From: Tubulanus polymorphus
Lineage: Eukaryota; Animalia; Nemertea
Reading direction: 5' to 3'
Assembly (NCBI RefSeq): GCF_964204645.1
Contig: NC_134025.1
Span: 18,451,101 to 18,515,100 of the forward strand
DNA: 64,000 bases
In this document: one piece after another, positions 47,597 to 62,578 of the stretch
Layout of the letters: each line of letters begins with the position of its first letter
Numbering within the stretch: position 1 is the first letter of the stretch
The notes under the pieces: generated by a model
What the model was told of the DNA's origin: nothing
The model's input: only the letters and a program-made list of their open reading frames with translations
The model's database searches: none
Position numbers and translations under genes: made by a program

Positions 47597-49191
47597 ACGC
47601 GTGCGTGCGTGTTTTTAGCGATCATTAGCATCTATAAACTACTTACGAATGTATTAGTACCCAAGCACCTGTGAGGATAGTGATGGGGATAACACTTCAT
47701 TGCTGAATAAAACCGATAAAGACAATTCACTGATGTGGTGAGCCTTTCCATCACGATTTTGGGCCTTAATAGGTACAACAGGCTATGATATTCATATCTA
47801 GGATCATGGATATAGGCAAATGACGTGTTACAGACACATTTTTATCGGATTATCAGTTCTATATCGATATAGTCAGTAACCTGTCTGTGGTTTAGTTTCA
47901 CGATCGGATATTTTCACAAACCACATATAGTATAAGCCCATCCGATTATAAAAAGCTTACCACCAACGATTAGGTATCTAACTAATATCGATACAGCATT
48001 ATGGGACCATATCCATGGGAGTAGAGATACTACGGGTGTTGATCGGTGAACGGCTGAATTTTTACTAGGGATCCCTATATAGTCTTCGACCATAATCAGT
48101 CTCAAAGTACGAATATATTTGCTGTTCATTTTGCAATCAATATTGATATTTGATACTGTCATAAAGTTAAACCTATCTTGATATAACGAGTTCAGAAAAA
48201 GGGCTTTAAGGTCATCCATAACGTTTAGAAATATCATTGGAACAAATCATGTTTTTTGTTTAATTTTATCCAGGTAAATATTTTAGTTAAGATCCTCGAT
48301 CCTTGTTTTAGGGTGGTATAGCATAACAGAGTTAATATACCTTATCAATCAACTGTTATGTCAAACATCTGCTATAATTGAAAACACAGATTTTTCGATA
48401 GTGTATAGCTACCATCCAATTCGTGTCGACTCGACCCTTCGATATTACGCCGCTTTTCTCCGCGTTCCTCATATTAGAGTCCATGGTTACGTTTTGATTC
48501 AATTGTCATCTGTTCTTGTTACAATCTATGTCACAAGGTCAAACTGAGTCACAATACGGAAATTTCATCAGGTGTAAGATTGTCCGACGGATACTAGAAA
48601 TATAGTCAGATACCTTTCGCCTTTTTTATTTGCTATGATATTTATTACATACACCTTTTTTATTTGCTATGATATTTATTACATACAAGAATACTTGAAT
48701 CCTACAATTTAACGTTAATATCAAAATCTGCTCATTTTCTAATAATTTCGAAATGGTATGCACACTGCACTGATGCATTTTAAATTCTAGTCTCGACATC
48801 ACGAGTCTCGAAACAGATATCCATGGATGGATCGCGTTACGGAGGTGACAGATGGTCTCGAACCATTTATTATTAATGGGGTTATTCACATAAGGTGTAA
48901 TTAATACCTTTCACAGATGACATATGCTTGATCAATTATTTCTTTCTCCCTTTATGGTAAATTATTCTTTGGAACCTACGGTCTGTGGTGAAGACGCCAG
49001 ACTAGATTAATTAATTGTATGTCTACCAATAAAAAGAATTTTCACACGTCAATTCTTTTCTCAAAAGGGTTTTAAAAGAATAGATCTCAACAAGAAAACT
49101 GACTATAAATAAACCATGATGCCTTGGTAAATGTAGAATGTTTTAGGCCTAACACTAACAGATGGAGGAGAGACGAAGCACTTCAGAGATA

Positions 49192-49725
49192 CAGTAGACT
49201 CCGCTCAACTCGAATTCATTGGGACCAGAAAAAAATCAACGAGTTAAGCGGAATTCGAGTTGGGATTTTTACGAAATTGGCTAAAAATTATTAAGAAATT
49301 AAACCTCAATAAACGATTCAGTATCGATCCTACATGGTTTGTTTGTTTGTTTGTAAGATGCTAAATTTAAAAAAAATCCATTAAAATAAAGCATGTTTTG
49401 TCTCATTTTTTACCTCCAAAAATTTACTTGGTGTGATGAAAAATGAACGATCATAAACGGCAGCTTGAATAACATGTACCGTGTATTATTTTGGCGCAAA
49501 AAAGTAGACATCAATAAACGCGCTGGTGTTTATGTACGTACTGGATGACTGAATGTCTTTGTGAGCGTTGTACATGTATCGTCTCAATTGCAGCGTGGAT
49601 CGTTCCAGGGTAACCAACTAACTATAGCAGTAAACACATGCATGTTTTTAATTGATAATTGTGTTTGCTGTCGGGAGGTCGTTCAGATATTCGAGTTAAG
49701 AGAAGTTTGAACGTAAGGCGGAGGT
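49192..49725. mobile_element. Tc1/mariner-pogo-type MITE remnant
   Basis: TA-CAGTAGACTCCGCTCAACTCGAA left end with ttcgagtt subrepeats; degenerate right end. Confidence 0.55.
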
Positions 49726-49756
49726 TTCTTTAATGAAGTGAGTGGTTCGGTTCCAG

Positions 49757-50380
49757 ATTGTCGACCCATTCTATCGTCGACAATGTCTAAAATCTGATTG
49801 TCGACCGATTGTACTCGTCGACAATGTCTACAAACCTGATTGTCGACCGATTTTACTCGACGACAATGTCTACAATCCTAATTGTGAAAATCAACTGATG
49901 GAGGTACACGGACCCTCGATCCCAGCCACTTTATATGAGTAATCTACGCACACACGCGGCCCCATCGACTTTAAATAGGGGTAATCCACGCTCACACACG
50001 GCCCCACGATCCCAGCCACTTTATGTAAGGGTAATCCACGCACACGCCGCTCCTCGATCCCAGCCACTTGATATAAGGGTAATCCACGCACACACAGCCT
50101 TACACGCACAAATTGATTTACAGTCAATCAGGATTGTAGTCATTGTCGACGAGTACAATCGGTCGACAATCAGGTTTGTAGTCATTGTCGACTAGTACAA
50201 TCGGTCGACAATCAGATTGTAGACATTTTCGACGAGTAAAATCGGCCGGCATTTAGGATTGTAGACATTGTCGACGAGTAAAATCGGTAGACAATCAGGA
50301 TTGTAGATATCGTCGACGAGTAAAATCGGCCGGCATTTAGGATTCTAGACATTGTCGACGAGTAAAATCGGTCGATTTTT
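49757..50380. repeat. Fold-back minisatellite: ~39-bp GTCGAC-rich units in opposite orientations flanking ~51-bp tandem units
   Basis: gattgtcgaccgattgtactcgtcgacaatgtctacaa at 49757-49880, inverted at 50125-50380; central tcgatcccagccactt..agggtaatccacgcacac repeats. Confidence 0.85.
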
Positions 50381-53300
50381 TGGGCGATTTACAAACTCGT
50401 CGCGATATCGGGCAAAAATACACCCGCGTGCCCCTAGCTTAATATAAGATTGTGTTTCTGATAAACTAACCAATCGTTCCAAAGCAATAAAAAAACAAAT
50501 TCATTGAAAAAAACTTTATTTCTGTAAAAACTGTTAGCTTTATATAGATTATATACGATAACAAAAATTCATTTTTTAAGTAAGGTACAGGATAAAACTA
50601 TGTATAAGGATATCCCAATATAATGATTAAAGCGTATCTAAAACAAAAGTTCAGTCTAAGGGTTATCATGCCCACTTGATGAAATGCTTAAAAATGCTTA
50701 CGAATTCAATATCCGATGCCTCCCTGGCATTGGATTTAGAAATACCAATAAAGTTTCTCCACTACATTACACCACCCTGCAAACCGATGCAATCAGAAAT
50801 CATGTCATAAACTACACTTTACATTCGGTTGGGGTCCTAATATATGCAAAGTTACCAACACGAATAGACAATGGTGTATAATTAAAAGCATAACTCCCCT
50901 CGGAGAAAAAGAAAAGACTGGATATTCCCAATTGAGATGTGACCTATGACAGCGCTAACAATTATCAAATATCAAGATGTTCAGTTAAAACCTGATGATA
51001 TTTTGCTAAAAACTTTTTCATTCTTCAAACGTAGACCGATGGATGTAAGATGGCCGTCTGACAGATCAAGCCTGTTTAATATATTGAATACCCCAAAAAT
51101 AAATATTACATATTCCTAACTGATTTCAATACTTCAGACCCAAGTGACCACAATAGCTGCACGGAGCCAGAATTTTTCATGATTGGGCCAGTTTTTTGGG
51201 CCACATATGTATCTAAGATAATCCCCACCACAAATACTTTACAGTTTGAAAGGCTTAAGTAGTCCGTAGACGATTAGTACACACATACATACCAAAGTGC
51301 CCTTAAATTGCATGTACACAGCTAGAAACCATACGAAAAGGTGAACCAAGTTTCTTACAACATAAGACCTAAGATTTAACTAGCGCCATGTACCAATTAC
51401 AACCCTTTTTCAAAGTGGTACACTGTTCATCTGTGCTTCTGATAATTAATCTTTATATGCAGCCTTAAACATCCAAGTGTAGCCCAAAACAGCTTTTGTT
51501 TTAAACAATGGATAATGTTACAATCATTCTTGAGAAATTCTAGCTGTAATGAGTGATGGATTACTGAAATATGAAATATCCTGTCAGAATAAATGCAGAT
51601 TCTGATGTAAACTAGGCGAATAGAAAAAAAGGATACAGACGCTACATTGTACACTTTTAAGAATCTATGTCGTTGCATCAGCAAAAAGAAAGCAAATTTC
51701 GGCGTGACCAAATCACCATCAATCAATGAAATTCAATTGAATTTTCCATAATTAGGACTCATTCTACTAATCAATTCAAATCGTAAGGCGGTTAAGCATT
51801 GATCAATGGTAGTTTGTGAATTGAAAATATCAAACAATTCAACAATATGACAGGCCAACAAATTAAATGAGAACAGATCAAGACAGTGATATTATTTGCA
51901 TTCAATTCGTAAATGAATGTCATAGTATTTTTTAAACAACTTACTTCTTGCCTTCCCACAATAGGAAGTGCCCCTCTCTGAGATGGATCTTTCATAATTT
52001 TGAAAATTTTACATCAATCTCTCTTGAAAGGGCACTGAATCTTCTAAACAGTCTTTGAAAAGACAGCTTGAGGGAACCGCCCCTGACTAAAGCCTATGAA
52101 CAAAGTTATGGTTTTAGAGTTCCAAATCCAAAAGGAGAGGCAACCAAACAGCTTAAAGCTATAAGTTTTGGGATCATGCGAGCCTGATTGAAGAGCACTG
52201 GGAGGAATATATGTATAAGGTATAAAAAGATTACAAAGGTACATGTGGCACAAGTCCTTGGAGACATTAGAAAATCATAAAAATGAATTGGTCATACAGG
52301 AAGCCATTGTAATATAGCATGAAGAATGGGGTACGATGTGGTGTTGAACAGATACAGAGAATATAATAACATGTGGAAAATCATACCAAGTTTCATGAAA
52401 ATACAATGGAAGACTGAGTGGGAAAATAGCTTGATATTTGACCTACTGCACCCAATATCTAATCGTTCACCCACTAGATCACACCATGTATATAGTTTCA
52501 CCACGTTATCTGAAACCAGATGAAATCAAAAGTAAGAATATGGCATCCTTTGACCTTAACCTTTGACCTAATCCTGAATCAAATCAGTTACCCACAGTCC
52601 TTAGGGAAATCCAACCCTCAAATTCCACTGTTATCTTAAACTATTTGCGAGTTAAAACCAAAAAATGAAAATAATGGCTTCCTATGACTTATACCTTGAA
52701 CCTAAAGTCAAATCAGTAACTAACCACAGCTGAAACAACCAATGTTGGAGCTAGCATTATTCACGTGTCCAGAGTAAAAAAATACACTGAATCACTGCAA
52801 GAGGGCAGTCTTTAGAACGACTGGTAGCTGGTTAGAATGTAGCATCTTTCCAAGAAAACCTTAATTAGGCCATGCATGGAGACACTTTTTTAACATGATG
52901 CGCATTAACTACAGTACATGTACAAGCATAATCACTTGCTGGTGACTCATTGTGTATTGTTCAAAAATTTATATGCATAGTAGGATTTCAGGCTTTTCCT
53001 GGTATTACACCAAAGTCATTTCAAAATCCAGGATTTTCCTAGCCAGAAATAAAAAAATATTTATTTCAAGCTTCTCTAGGCTATTTTAGATCACTGCTTG
53101 ATAATCAAGAATTGGAATGGCAATGATATATCAAAATGTCAGAAGGGGTGGGCCCACGTGGCATATTGCTACCGGCATAAATTGGTTCACCACTCTTACA
53201 TACGTACATTTCAATAGGAAAAACCTGAGTAAATTCCCTGACATTCACTTTAATAGAAAAACACCATTTGATCAGAACAGTATTTCAGCTACAAGTTGGT

Positions 53301-55213
53301 TTTCTAAACATATGTACATTGTATAGTTGGTCTGTATACTTGCATATTTTTCAAATCTCAATAGCGATAATCGTGACCCCAGCAATATCCAGAGAACCGT
53401 CTTGCATTAATATTATTGCTTCTATATTGTGATTGGGCTTCATGATTCAGATAAGCTCTTTGAAAATGGTTCCCTCGAACACAATTCTGATATAAGTCTC
53501 TTTCAACAACAGGTCCGTTGTATGGCACATACATATCTCCGTGATATCTATACTTCAAATTGTAGTACTGCGAGTTATATGGATGGTTTGATGTTTTCTT
53601 CCTCATTCCGGTACCTACAAAGTTAAAATACCCAGTTTCACAGTTGTAAATAAGATTTCCCTTTAACTCACAATTGGAACAGGATCGAATCCTGGGGCCT
53701 TTATACTCAATGATGTAACTATGTCATTCAGAATAAAGGACCCCTGGATTCGTGTTAAATGTACTGTTAGTAATAAAATATGACCATGAGATAGCCGATG
53801 TGCATTGAAATACATAGTTTGACAACATTCTAGATACTAAAATTACACCTTGCGACCTAAAATACCACCTCCCCGCAATACACTCTCCCCCCATCATCAT
53901 TCATATCATATCATATCAGTTTTGTTGCAGGGGGTAAAACGTGACTTTGATACCTTGCCAAGGCAAAAATCATTCCACTGGCTACATATCTGCAATACAT
54001 AAATAAAAAATATCTTTCCTTGTTCGATAAAGTAATCAGAAATCATATCTTTTTCATGTATTTAGCACCCCTGATGGCCAAGTGAAAAATTAATGCAACC
54101 TTGAAAAAAAAACACAGGGGCGTATTATTCCATGCCCTGCATATTTGCAGTTGGATTTTCAAAAAATAATCTCTGAACATTGGTGGAAGTTATCCTCCCG
54201 AAAAGTAAGAACAAAAGTAATAACAACTGTTTGTTGAATTTATTTTGTGGGTCAAACAACTAAACATAAATTCATGTTCGATTCTATGTCAAATAATCGC
54301 ATGTCTACTGTTACCTAATATTTTTCATATCTTTATATCATCTATATTCCACTGTAAAAAGTCAGAGCAATAAAGGTATTTTGAATTCAAATTTGAATAG
54401 TCTCAGATCATCCTTCCTTGCCGGGTTTGATTGCCTCCTGCCGGAGCTCACGCCATAACAAAGCCTGGCTGCAGACCCTTCATTAGTCGATTATTACACT
54501 TCCAGTTTTTACCGCTCGCCGGCGACCAGTCTACGTATGAAGCCAATCAGATTCGTGGTTTTTCATCGGCACATTCGCTCTATCAATACCAAACATCTGA
54601 TTGGCAAGATATAGTGGCTACTAATTGACAACCTGTCCACCCTAGAAATCTTAGACCACTGTAATAGACCAATAATGGTTTGCGGTCATAGGGTTTGTGT
54701 TGGTGTGAGCTTCGTCAGGAGGCAATTAAACCCCTGCAAGCGAGGATGCTTTAAGTTAGGGTACTCAAGTTAGTGAAAAAATGTAACAGCAAAAGCATAT
54801 TTTGGCTCTCATATTTGAATCTACATGTATTTTATATGTATATATCATCTTATTTGAGCGAGAATAGAATTCCGCGTGGGACTAGTGTACAAAAGCAGTC
54901 AAGGCACTGTTCAAGTTAGGGTTCAAATTCAAATTTATTTTGCGCAAAGCATGACAGGCTATGATTGAGAAAAAAACAGAGAATCAATAGTATTTACAAT
55001 TTCTAGACAAGCACAATCATAAAAAGAGAGAAAAGTAGCGTTCTGTGTGGGCCAAGCAAAGCCTTTGTTGGGAATCGACAGAATCAAGATGGCATCTATG
55101 TGAAATAACCAATCCGAATTAGTTATAGCATTTACTACACAGGGGAGAAGGCCTAGGAGTGACAAGTCAGTCCAACGAGTCAAGAGGGGAACTTCAATTC
55201 ACATATGATTATA

Positions 55214-55531
55214 AGGACACCATTCCCACTTGGGAAGTGGTTTCAAATTCTCAACAATCTAACAATCTCAATACTCAATGCCCATATTAAAAAACCAATG
55301 ACCTCGAAACTCACCAAAATTATAGAACATGTCACCAGCTACAATTTTGCAATTGATTGTGATAACAAAATATGCATAGGTACCTATATAATATGGAAAT
55401 ACTAAGTTATTCTACTATTCAACGCCCCCTGGTGACCATATAGAATAACTAATGACCTTGAAACTCAACATAATCATAGACCATGTCATGAGCTACAACC
55501 CTTCAATTGATTGTGGTAACAAAATATAGAT
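55214..55531 (-). mobile_element. Fragment of the Helentron-like family seen at 33091
   Basis: ggacacca..cccacttgggaagtgg..ctcaacaatctaacaat and attcaacgccccctggtgaccata. Confidence 0.8.
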
Positions 55532-58500
55532 TGTCACAAATGATGACTAAGAATGATGACTATAATGAAAATAATCCTAGCAACACCATCAGACGATATC
55601 GCAGAAACCATTAGTTACCATTGCCATGTTAGTTTGTAGCTTCCACTAAAAATGAAGAGTCTAGTTGAACATATCTCGTCTTGTGCGACATTCATTGAAC
55701 TTGAGGACATTTTGGTGCCCAAACCTGGGAATGTCGATAACAGAGAACGATGTTCAGGCTCTGCTGGGTACTTATAGAGGCAAGAAAGGTGCGACAACAA
55801 AAGTGTGGATATAAGTCCGAGAAGTGATGGAGATGGCTAAGACAAAAGGTATTGCAAGGCTGAAGAAACTGAGGAGATATTTCGAAAGGATTGAATCCGT
55901 GGAAGAAACAGTAAGACAAGTCGAAGCATCCATAGATGTTGATGAGCGGGAAAAACTAGTTATGGATACTGAAGATTATGTTGGTGTGTTAAGGGATTAT
56001 TTGTACTATTTTGTTGAACTTATTCGAGACATTGAGACTCAAGAAATTCCAAGGTTAGACTATTCTGCGAATCTTTTTGTCCCAGCTCATGTGAGTAGAC
56101 TAAATTTACCAAAGTTGAATCTGATAAAATTTAATGAGGACATTAAATGGAGATCAATTTGGGACTCATTTCGTTCAGCCATTGACGGAGAGTGTACGTT
56201 GTCGGATGTAGAAAAATTCCAATACCCGATGGCGCAAGTTGTGGAGGAAGCAGCTACATGTTTCTCTGGGCTAAGCCGAAAATTAGAAAGTTGCTGTAGA
56301 TCATTGGTTGGAAAGACAAGGACAACCCCACAAGTTAAAGAATTTCCTAATGAAGGGATTGCTTCAATTACCAATTATCTTACTTTGAATGTGCCCAAGA
56401 CAAACACTATATTTTTTCTAAATCTGCTGTAAATTGAATATAGGAAACGAGTCGATTACTCCAGTACCTCATAGTAAATTTCTCAGAGTTTTTATCGATC
56501 AAAATCTTAAATGGAATCAACATGTTAATTATTTAAATTCTAAACTGAAAAATCTATTCCTTCTTCGTAATGTAAAGAATCTCTTACGACCATGGGCTAA
56601 GCGTTCAATTTATAACAGCTACATCCAATCTCATCTAGTTGATGCCTTACATACATGGGGACCGATGTTATCTAAATCTCAAACCAACTCTATTTTCAAA
56701 CTACAGAAAAAGGCTGTAAGATTTATTGATAATGCAGGTTTCAATGCTCCGACGAATCCAATATTAAAAAAATTCAAAATTCTTAAGTTCAATGACCTAA
56801 TTCAACTTGAAATAGTTAAATGTGGATATAGTTATATTAACAAAAACCTTACAAAGCCGATTCTAAACTTCTTCAAATCTAATGACCAATACCATTCATA
56901 TAATACCGGAAGGAAAAACCTACCTCGTGTTTGTGATCACAAGTCCATCCTCTTCCATAAATCTATTTTCGCCCAAGTCCCAATTGTTTGGCAAAACCTT
57001 AATGATAACATTCGCAATTCTTCTAGTATTAAATCTATCTCGAACAGATTTCATAAGATTGCATTTAATAGTTATTAACTAAATTTAATTCAGTATGTAT
57101 GACACATGTATTTATCACTGACTGTTGTCATATTTCATTATATAACATCTTTTTCTGTTCTAGTATTGTTACTTATTGATGGCACTATTTTCTATGAATT
57201 GTAATTATTATCATTATCATTATTATATTATCATTAACTGTTTTAGGGCATCAGCCTCTTCTATGAGTTCAGCCACTAGGCTTGTCGATGTCCTCTCTAT
57301 GCATTGATTGCCATTATTATGTTTAAATTAATTGTATGTAATTTATTATGCTTAGATAAATAAAGATAATTATTAATTGCCAAGGGATGAGGCCAACACA
57401 ACTAGTTTGAGAAGACTGTGTGATACAATGAAAGAGCCAACAACTTGGAGATTAGAATTTGTGAAGGAACATAAACGATGCTTCAATTGCCTTCAAGAGC
57501 ATTTTGTATCGCAATGTAAAAGTCCACCTTGTAAAATATGTAAGAGACGTCATCATAGAAGTTTGTACGCTGTTTTCAAGAGAGAAAAAGCTCAGGTTGT
57601 GTGCTCAGTTGCCCAGGTGGTGCAGTCGAAAACTGCTGTGTTTCTAATGATGGCACTTATGGTGCAATGAAGTTCAGCCAGATATAAATCTAAGGCGCTC
57701 ACGGTGAATATATTGTTTGATAGTGCTTCACATAGATGATACTTGAGAACAAATCTAGTAAAAATGTTTGGTATGAATCTTACATGAACAGGGCCAATGG
57801 ATATCTCAATGTTGGCCAGATCCAACCAATGAAGGAAATCCTACCCCTTGGTGAAATTAACAAATGCTGAGCTGTTAACAAATGGTGGAACTATTAATTT
57901 GACAGTACAGTCAAGCCATTCTCAACAGTTCCCGTAGCCAATAGGATTGACAAGGGTGTAGCACAATTACCTCATCTCAGGAATTTGCAATAAGCTTGTC
58001 CTGTGTCTGATAATGACATTATGAGTGTTACCCTACTGATTGGGCAGGATCACTACTGGGATGTTGTTGGTATTGAGGGGCGTTGGTCCTACTGTTGTTG
58101 AGTCGGAAGTTGGCTATTTGTTCTCTGGACCTAATAAAGAGGAAGCTCTACCGTCTCAGATTGTTCACATGAATTTATGTACTGCAGCTGATCGATCAAC
58201 CTAGAATGAATTCTGGGTAGCGGACAATATCTCATCAACTCAAAATTTGTGAAGATCGTCGAAAAACAGTTTGAATATCATTGCCAAAACTCGTTGAAAT
58301 CGGAAAGTGGTCACTACGTTGCAAAATTGCCATGGAAGGAAAATCACCGACTACTCCCCACAAATGAACACATTGCCACGTACTTACAAGAGGACACGTA
58401 CAAGGACTGTCGCCTGACTTACTGAGAGTCTATGGAAAGCTGATTGATGAACAAAAGCGTTGGAACCTCCTGAGTCAGCAGACCAGCATTTCATCCCTCA

Positions 58501-59100
58501 TTTCCTGGAGAAGAGAGACTCTCAAAGACTGCAGCAATAAGAATTGTGTATGACTGTAGCTGTAAAAGGAGGAAAGGTGAGCCGAGTTTGAATGATTGCT
58601 TGTAAGCTGGTCCACCTATGTTAAATGTTTTAGTTGGGATACCGCTAAGGTTGCGCATCCATTAACTAGCCTTTGTGTGTGACATCAAGAAAGCTTGACT
58701 GATGGTACATTTACATCCAGATAACCGAAGCAAAACAAGATTTTTCTGGTTGAAGAATCCCAGAGACCCTAACAGTGAATTTGATATCTACCAATTAAGA
58801 GTGGTTTGTTAAGAGTGGTTTGTTTGGAGCTGCGTCATCACCATTCATTCTAAATGCTACTGTGAAGTTTCATCTCAAAGAACATGATGAACAAAAAATT
58901 ATCACTGGAACTGATATGTTGGATAAAGCAGTTGAATACACGATTGCTCAATGAGGGTGGTTTCAACTTGAGGTCATGGACGTCCAACTGTAGTGAAGTT
59001 AGACAACTTGCGGAGAAAGAGGGTGTGTTTGACCAGGGAGGTGGGAGTGAATGGAGTATGAACGAGTCAGATATGTTATCAGCTAGTCGGCAATTCTATT
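55532..59100 (+). mobile_element. Degenerate BEL/Pao LTR retrotransposon, 3'-truncated
   Basis: Candidate LTR TG..CA at 55532-55709, PBS-like TTTTGGTGCC, gag LPKLNL..F...W..WDSF.SAID..LSDVEKFQY, CFNC...H..C knuckles, ILFDSAS protease, RT remnants LPWKE, IRIVYDCS, SLNDCL.AGP, TRFFW. Confidence 0.88.
56366..57375 (+). mobile_element. 3' fragment of a CR1/L2-group LINE inserted in the Pao gag
   Basis: LTLNVPKT..KFL.VFIDQNLKWNQH..YNSYIQSHL..WG..LQKKAVR; AT-rich 3'UTR ending aataaa. Confidence 0.85.
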
Positions 59101-59741
59101 CATGATCAAAGAGTTTTCATACCGCCCGCGGCTAACTGGGTCACCGCTGCAGCGAGTGTGTGATGGTAAAATATCCCATCACACAGGTCCGTTTCCTAGA
59201 CTTTAGGCCTGTGCCGTCAAGTTTGCCAAACTAGCACATGCTGTACTGACAATAGCATCAGCCTTGCGCATGCGCAGTTGAATTCTTCTTGTACGGCGTG
59301 TCGCGGTCAACTTTCACGTTTTTCAGAGGAAAAAATCGGATGAAAACTGAATATTTTACGGCAAAATAACCTCAGTTGGTAAGCAAACTTTGACATTAAA
59401 CATACTTTGAAGAGACAATCGGCCACATATTAATTTAACACCATAAAACACGTTGAAATGCATTGCATTCCTTTGCCTTCATGAATGTAGTGGCCGCTAA
59501 CCGGAACACTTCTAAATTAACGATTGAAATATGAGAATAATTCATTGACCACTGCGCATATCCGGATATGTGTAGTCATGTTGCTATGATACATATATAC
59601 AAATACGTGTCAATTGAAGCCTATCTAAGAAAAAAGTATACAATACCATCGTGATATCAAAAAAGGCCTACCCCCTTGGTGACTAAGTCAAGAATCAATG
59701 ATTTAATGATAATGTCATTGTTTTTAAATTTTTTCAGTAAG

Positions 59742-62578
59742 ATGGCAGATGATGTTTGTCGCTTGTGTGGTTTATCTGCAGCCAATAATGACCGTAATCG
59801 ATACGACAAAATGAAGTTCAGTTCACACGTTTCATTATTATTTGGCATTGATTTCACTACGGACACCGCCGGTATACACCCAGATTTTATTTGCAATCTT
59901 TGCAACGTTGGCGTAAGGCGAAAAATAAATCAAGAAATATTCCAGTCAATATCACTTTAAAAACATGGAACGTCGAAAACCCTCCGCTAGATAACTTTCA
60001 GGACATTGCGTCAAAAAATGGTTTTGTGAAAGTGAATGAAAAAACGTATGTTTTCTATTCTGATAACTGCATACGGATGGTAGAATGCAGCGCTGAACAC
60101 CGATTCTTTATCGATCAACTAGAAGTGACTGATTCTTTGCGCGATAAATTAGAAATCGAGGACAAATTGCTGGAACTTGAGAAACTTAAACTGTGCTGCG
60201 GTAACCCTGATTTTGTTGATGTCATCACTGGTCGAGGTCTGAATGAGTTCCGAAATCAGAAGGGTGATGTTATAGCTACCGTTCAGACAACAAATTCAAG
60301 TAAAATTATTCGCTATGTATCTTGTAAAATTGTAAATAATATATTTGTCGATCGCTGTGATGCGTGTAAAACATTTCGTGGATGCCTCTTCACAACGCGA
60401 AGCCGTTTGACATCCACAACTTCATCGCGAACCTGTGTAAATAGTAATGTACGATACGATTATTTGTCAAATGAACAGCTTAAGATCCGTCTCCGTGAAA
60501 CACAAGGTCAACGTCAAAATTTGAAGAAAGTTGAAGTACGGCTAAAACAATATAATTTTGAAGCTGCAAATGTCGACGTTACCCCTGAACTTTCAGTATT
60601 GTTAACGAAATCGGTTGAGGAAAATATCGAACAATTCAATAATGACTTTCCGAGTGGATCTGTTCAAGAACTTCTTTGGCAACAACAGCGTCTTCAAAAT
60701 TCGAAATCCGCCAAACAGATGCGATGGCATCCTTTGATAATTAAGTGGTGCATAGCTTTGCGACACAAATCAAAGTCGGTGTACAAGTTCATTCGAGACT
60801 CCGGATTTTTACAGCTACCCCACTCTAGTACTTTGGATGGTTATACACGCTTCACAGATCCATGTTCAGGATTCAATAGTGAATTCATTGAACATGCCTT
60901 AAATGACATGAATTTTGAAACATTGCCAGATTTTCAAAAAAATGTGTTTGCTATATGATGAAATGAAAATTAAATCGGAACTGATCTATTCCAAAAAAAA
61001 CTGGCCAGCTGATTGGATTTTGCGAAATGGGAGACATATATAACGTAATTGAGAAATTTAAACGATCGTTGGATGACAATGAGAAAGATCTAGCGACTCA
61101 TGTATGTGTTTTTATGGCTCGTGGATTGTTTTCGAACATGAAACTTCTGCTTGGATACTTTCCGTGCCAAGGATTCAGCAGCCATAATTTGTATCCGTGT
61201 GTTTGGGAAGCTGTCCAGATCCTCGAGGGAATCGGCTTTTTTGTTAGAGCATTCGTAAGTGATGGAGCCACTCCTAACCGGAAGTTTTATCGTATGCACA
61301 GACGAGATGAAAAAATTACATACTGGACGATCAACAGATATGACAAGTCTCGGAGAATTTATTTTACATGTGATGTGCCGCACTTGATCAAAACTAGCCG
61401 CAACAACCTCGAAAATTCTGGATTCAACAGAAAATCACGTGATTTAATGGTAGGTCTTAATAGACCCAGGGAGGTCCAACCTTCCTGATAGACTTGTGTC
61501 TAGTCGATTTATTTAATGTACCTAATGATAAATTTTTGTATATTACAGTTCCGCGGAAAGCCTATTAAATGGACGCAATTGCTTCGACTAGTTGAAGGAG
61601 AAGTTGGAATTAATAGGCAGGCTCCTGGACTGAATCGTCTAAGAAAATTACGACATGAACATTTGCATTTGACACCAGCGACACGTATGCGTGTGAATTT
61701 AGCTGCCCAAGTATGTTGAGTTCTTGAGTTTTTTTTTTACTGTTAATCCTCCCACCTCCCTCATCTTATGAATCACAAATTAATATTCTTTCTGTTTCAG
61801 GTTCTGAGTAATTCTGTGACAGCCGTGCTTGAACTTTATAATGAACCAGAGCTCAGTTCATTGATTCTTTACATACGGATGATAAACAAATTTTTCGATT
61901 GCCTGAATGTTTCGACAGCTTATGAGAGCATAAGAAAGAGAAATCCAGATTTAAAGGAGTATCGTAGTGAATCGGACGAACGATTAAAGGTAGATTTATA
62001 GTTATTTCATTTGGAATGTATTGTTTCACATATAATTAAATTATAACTGAATATTCTTGTGATTCTAGTGGCTTCTCAAAGAATTCATACCATTCCTGGA
62101 CGAATGGGAAGGAGAAAAAGACCTGTATGAAGGTTTGACAAAGGCACAAAAAGCAAGAAAATGTTTGAGTTGGGAAACAATTGAAGGCTTCCGGATAACT
62201 GGTGTGTTTCTTCTCCTTATATCGATAGAAAACCTTATGTGATCACCATTATTGAACAAGATTTGATTTTATATATTTTCAGTGTTCTCTTTTACTGAGT
62301 TGACAGTCGAGTTATTAAATATCAATGGAGTGGAATATTTCCTCAGCGAGAAGCTCAGCCAAGATCCGTTAGAAGAGCACTTCTCGAAACAAAGAAGTTG
62401 TGGAGGAAACAGTGACAACCCCACTGCCGCCGCTTTTGGCCACAATGAACTCAACCTTATGATAGCAGGAAATTGTGCGAAGGCATCGTCAAAAGGCAAT
62501 TTCCATGGTAAATTCAGAAGAGATGACGACATAGACATTGAATCGGTTGTGCCTCTTAAAAGAAAAAAATGTACTTAA
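59742..62578 (+). pseudogene. P-element/THAP9-family transposase, spliced (introns 61450-61548, 61711-61800, 61990-62068, 62202-62282), with an N-terminal RAG1/Chapaev-type zinc finger
   Basis: RWHPLIIKWC..Y.FIRDSGFLQLP..STL, DEMKIK, SDGATPNR, DVPHLIKTSRNN, MRVNLAAQV, SQDPLEEHFSKQRSCGG..DNPT. GT-AG introns keep the frame. Frameshifts near 59920 and 60950-61000. Confidence 0.9.

Noticed and set aside
45500-55200. Many 60-110-aa ORFs
   Set aside because: No recognisable motifs or coherent exon chain; consistent with chance ORFs in intergenic or intronic DNA.
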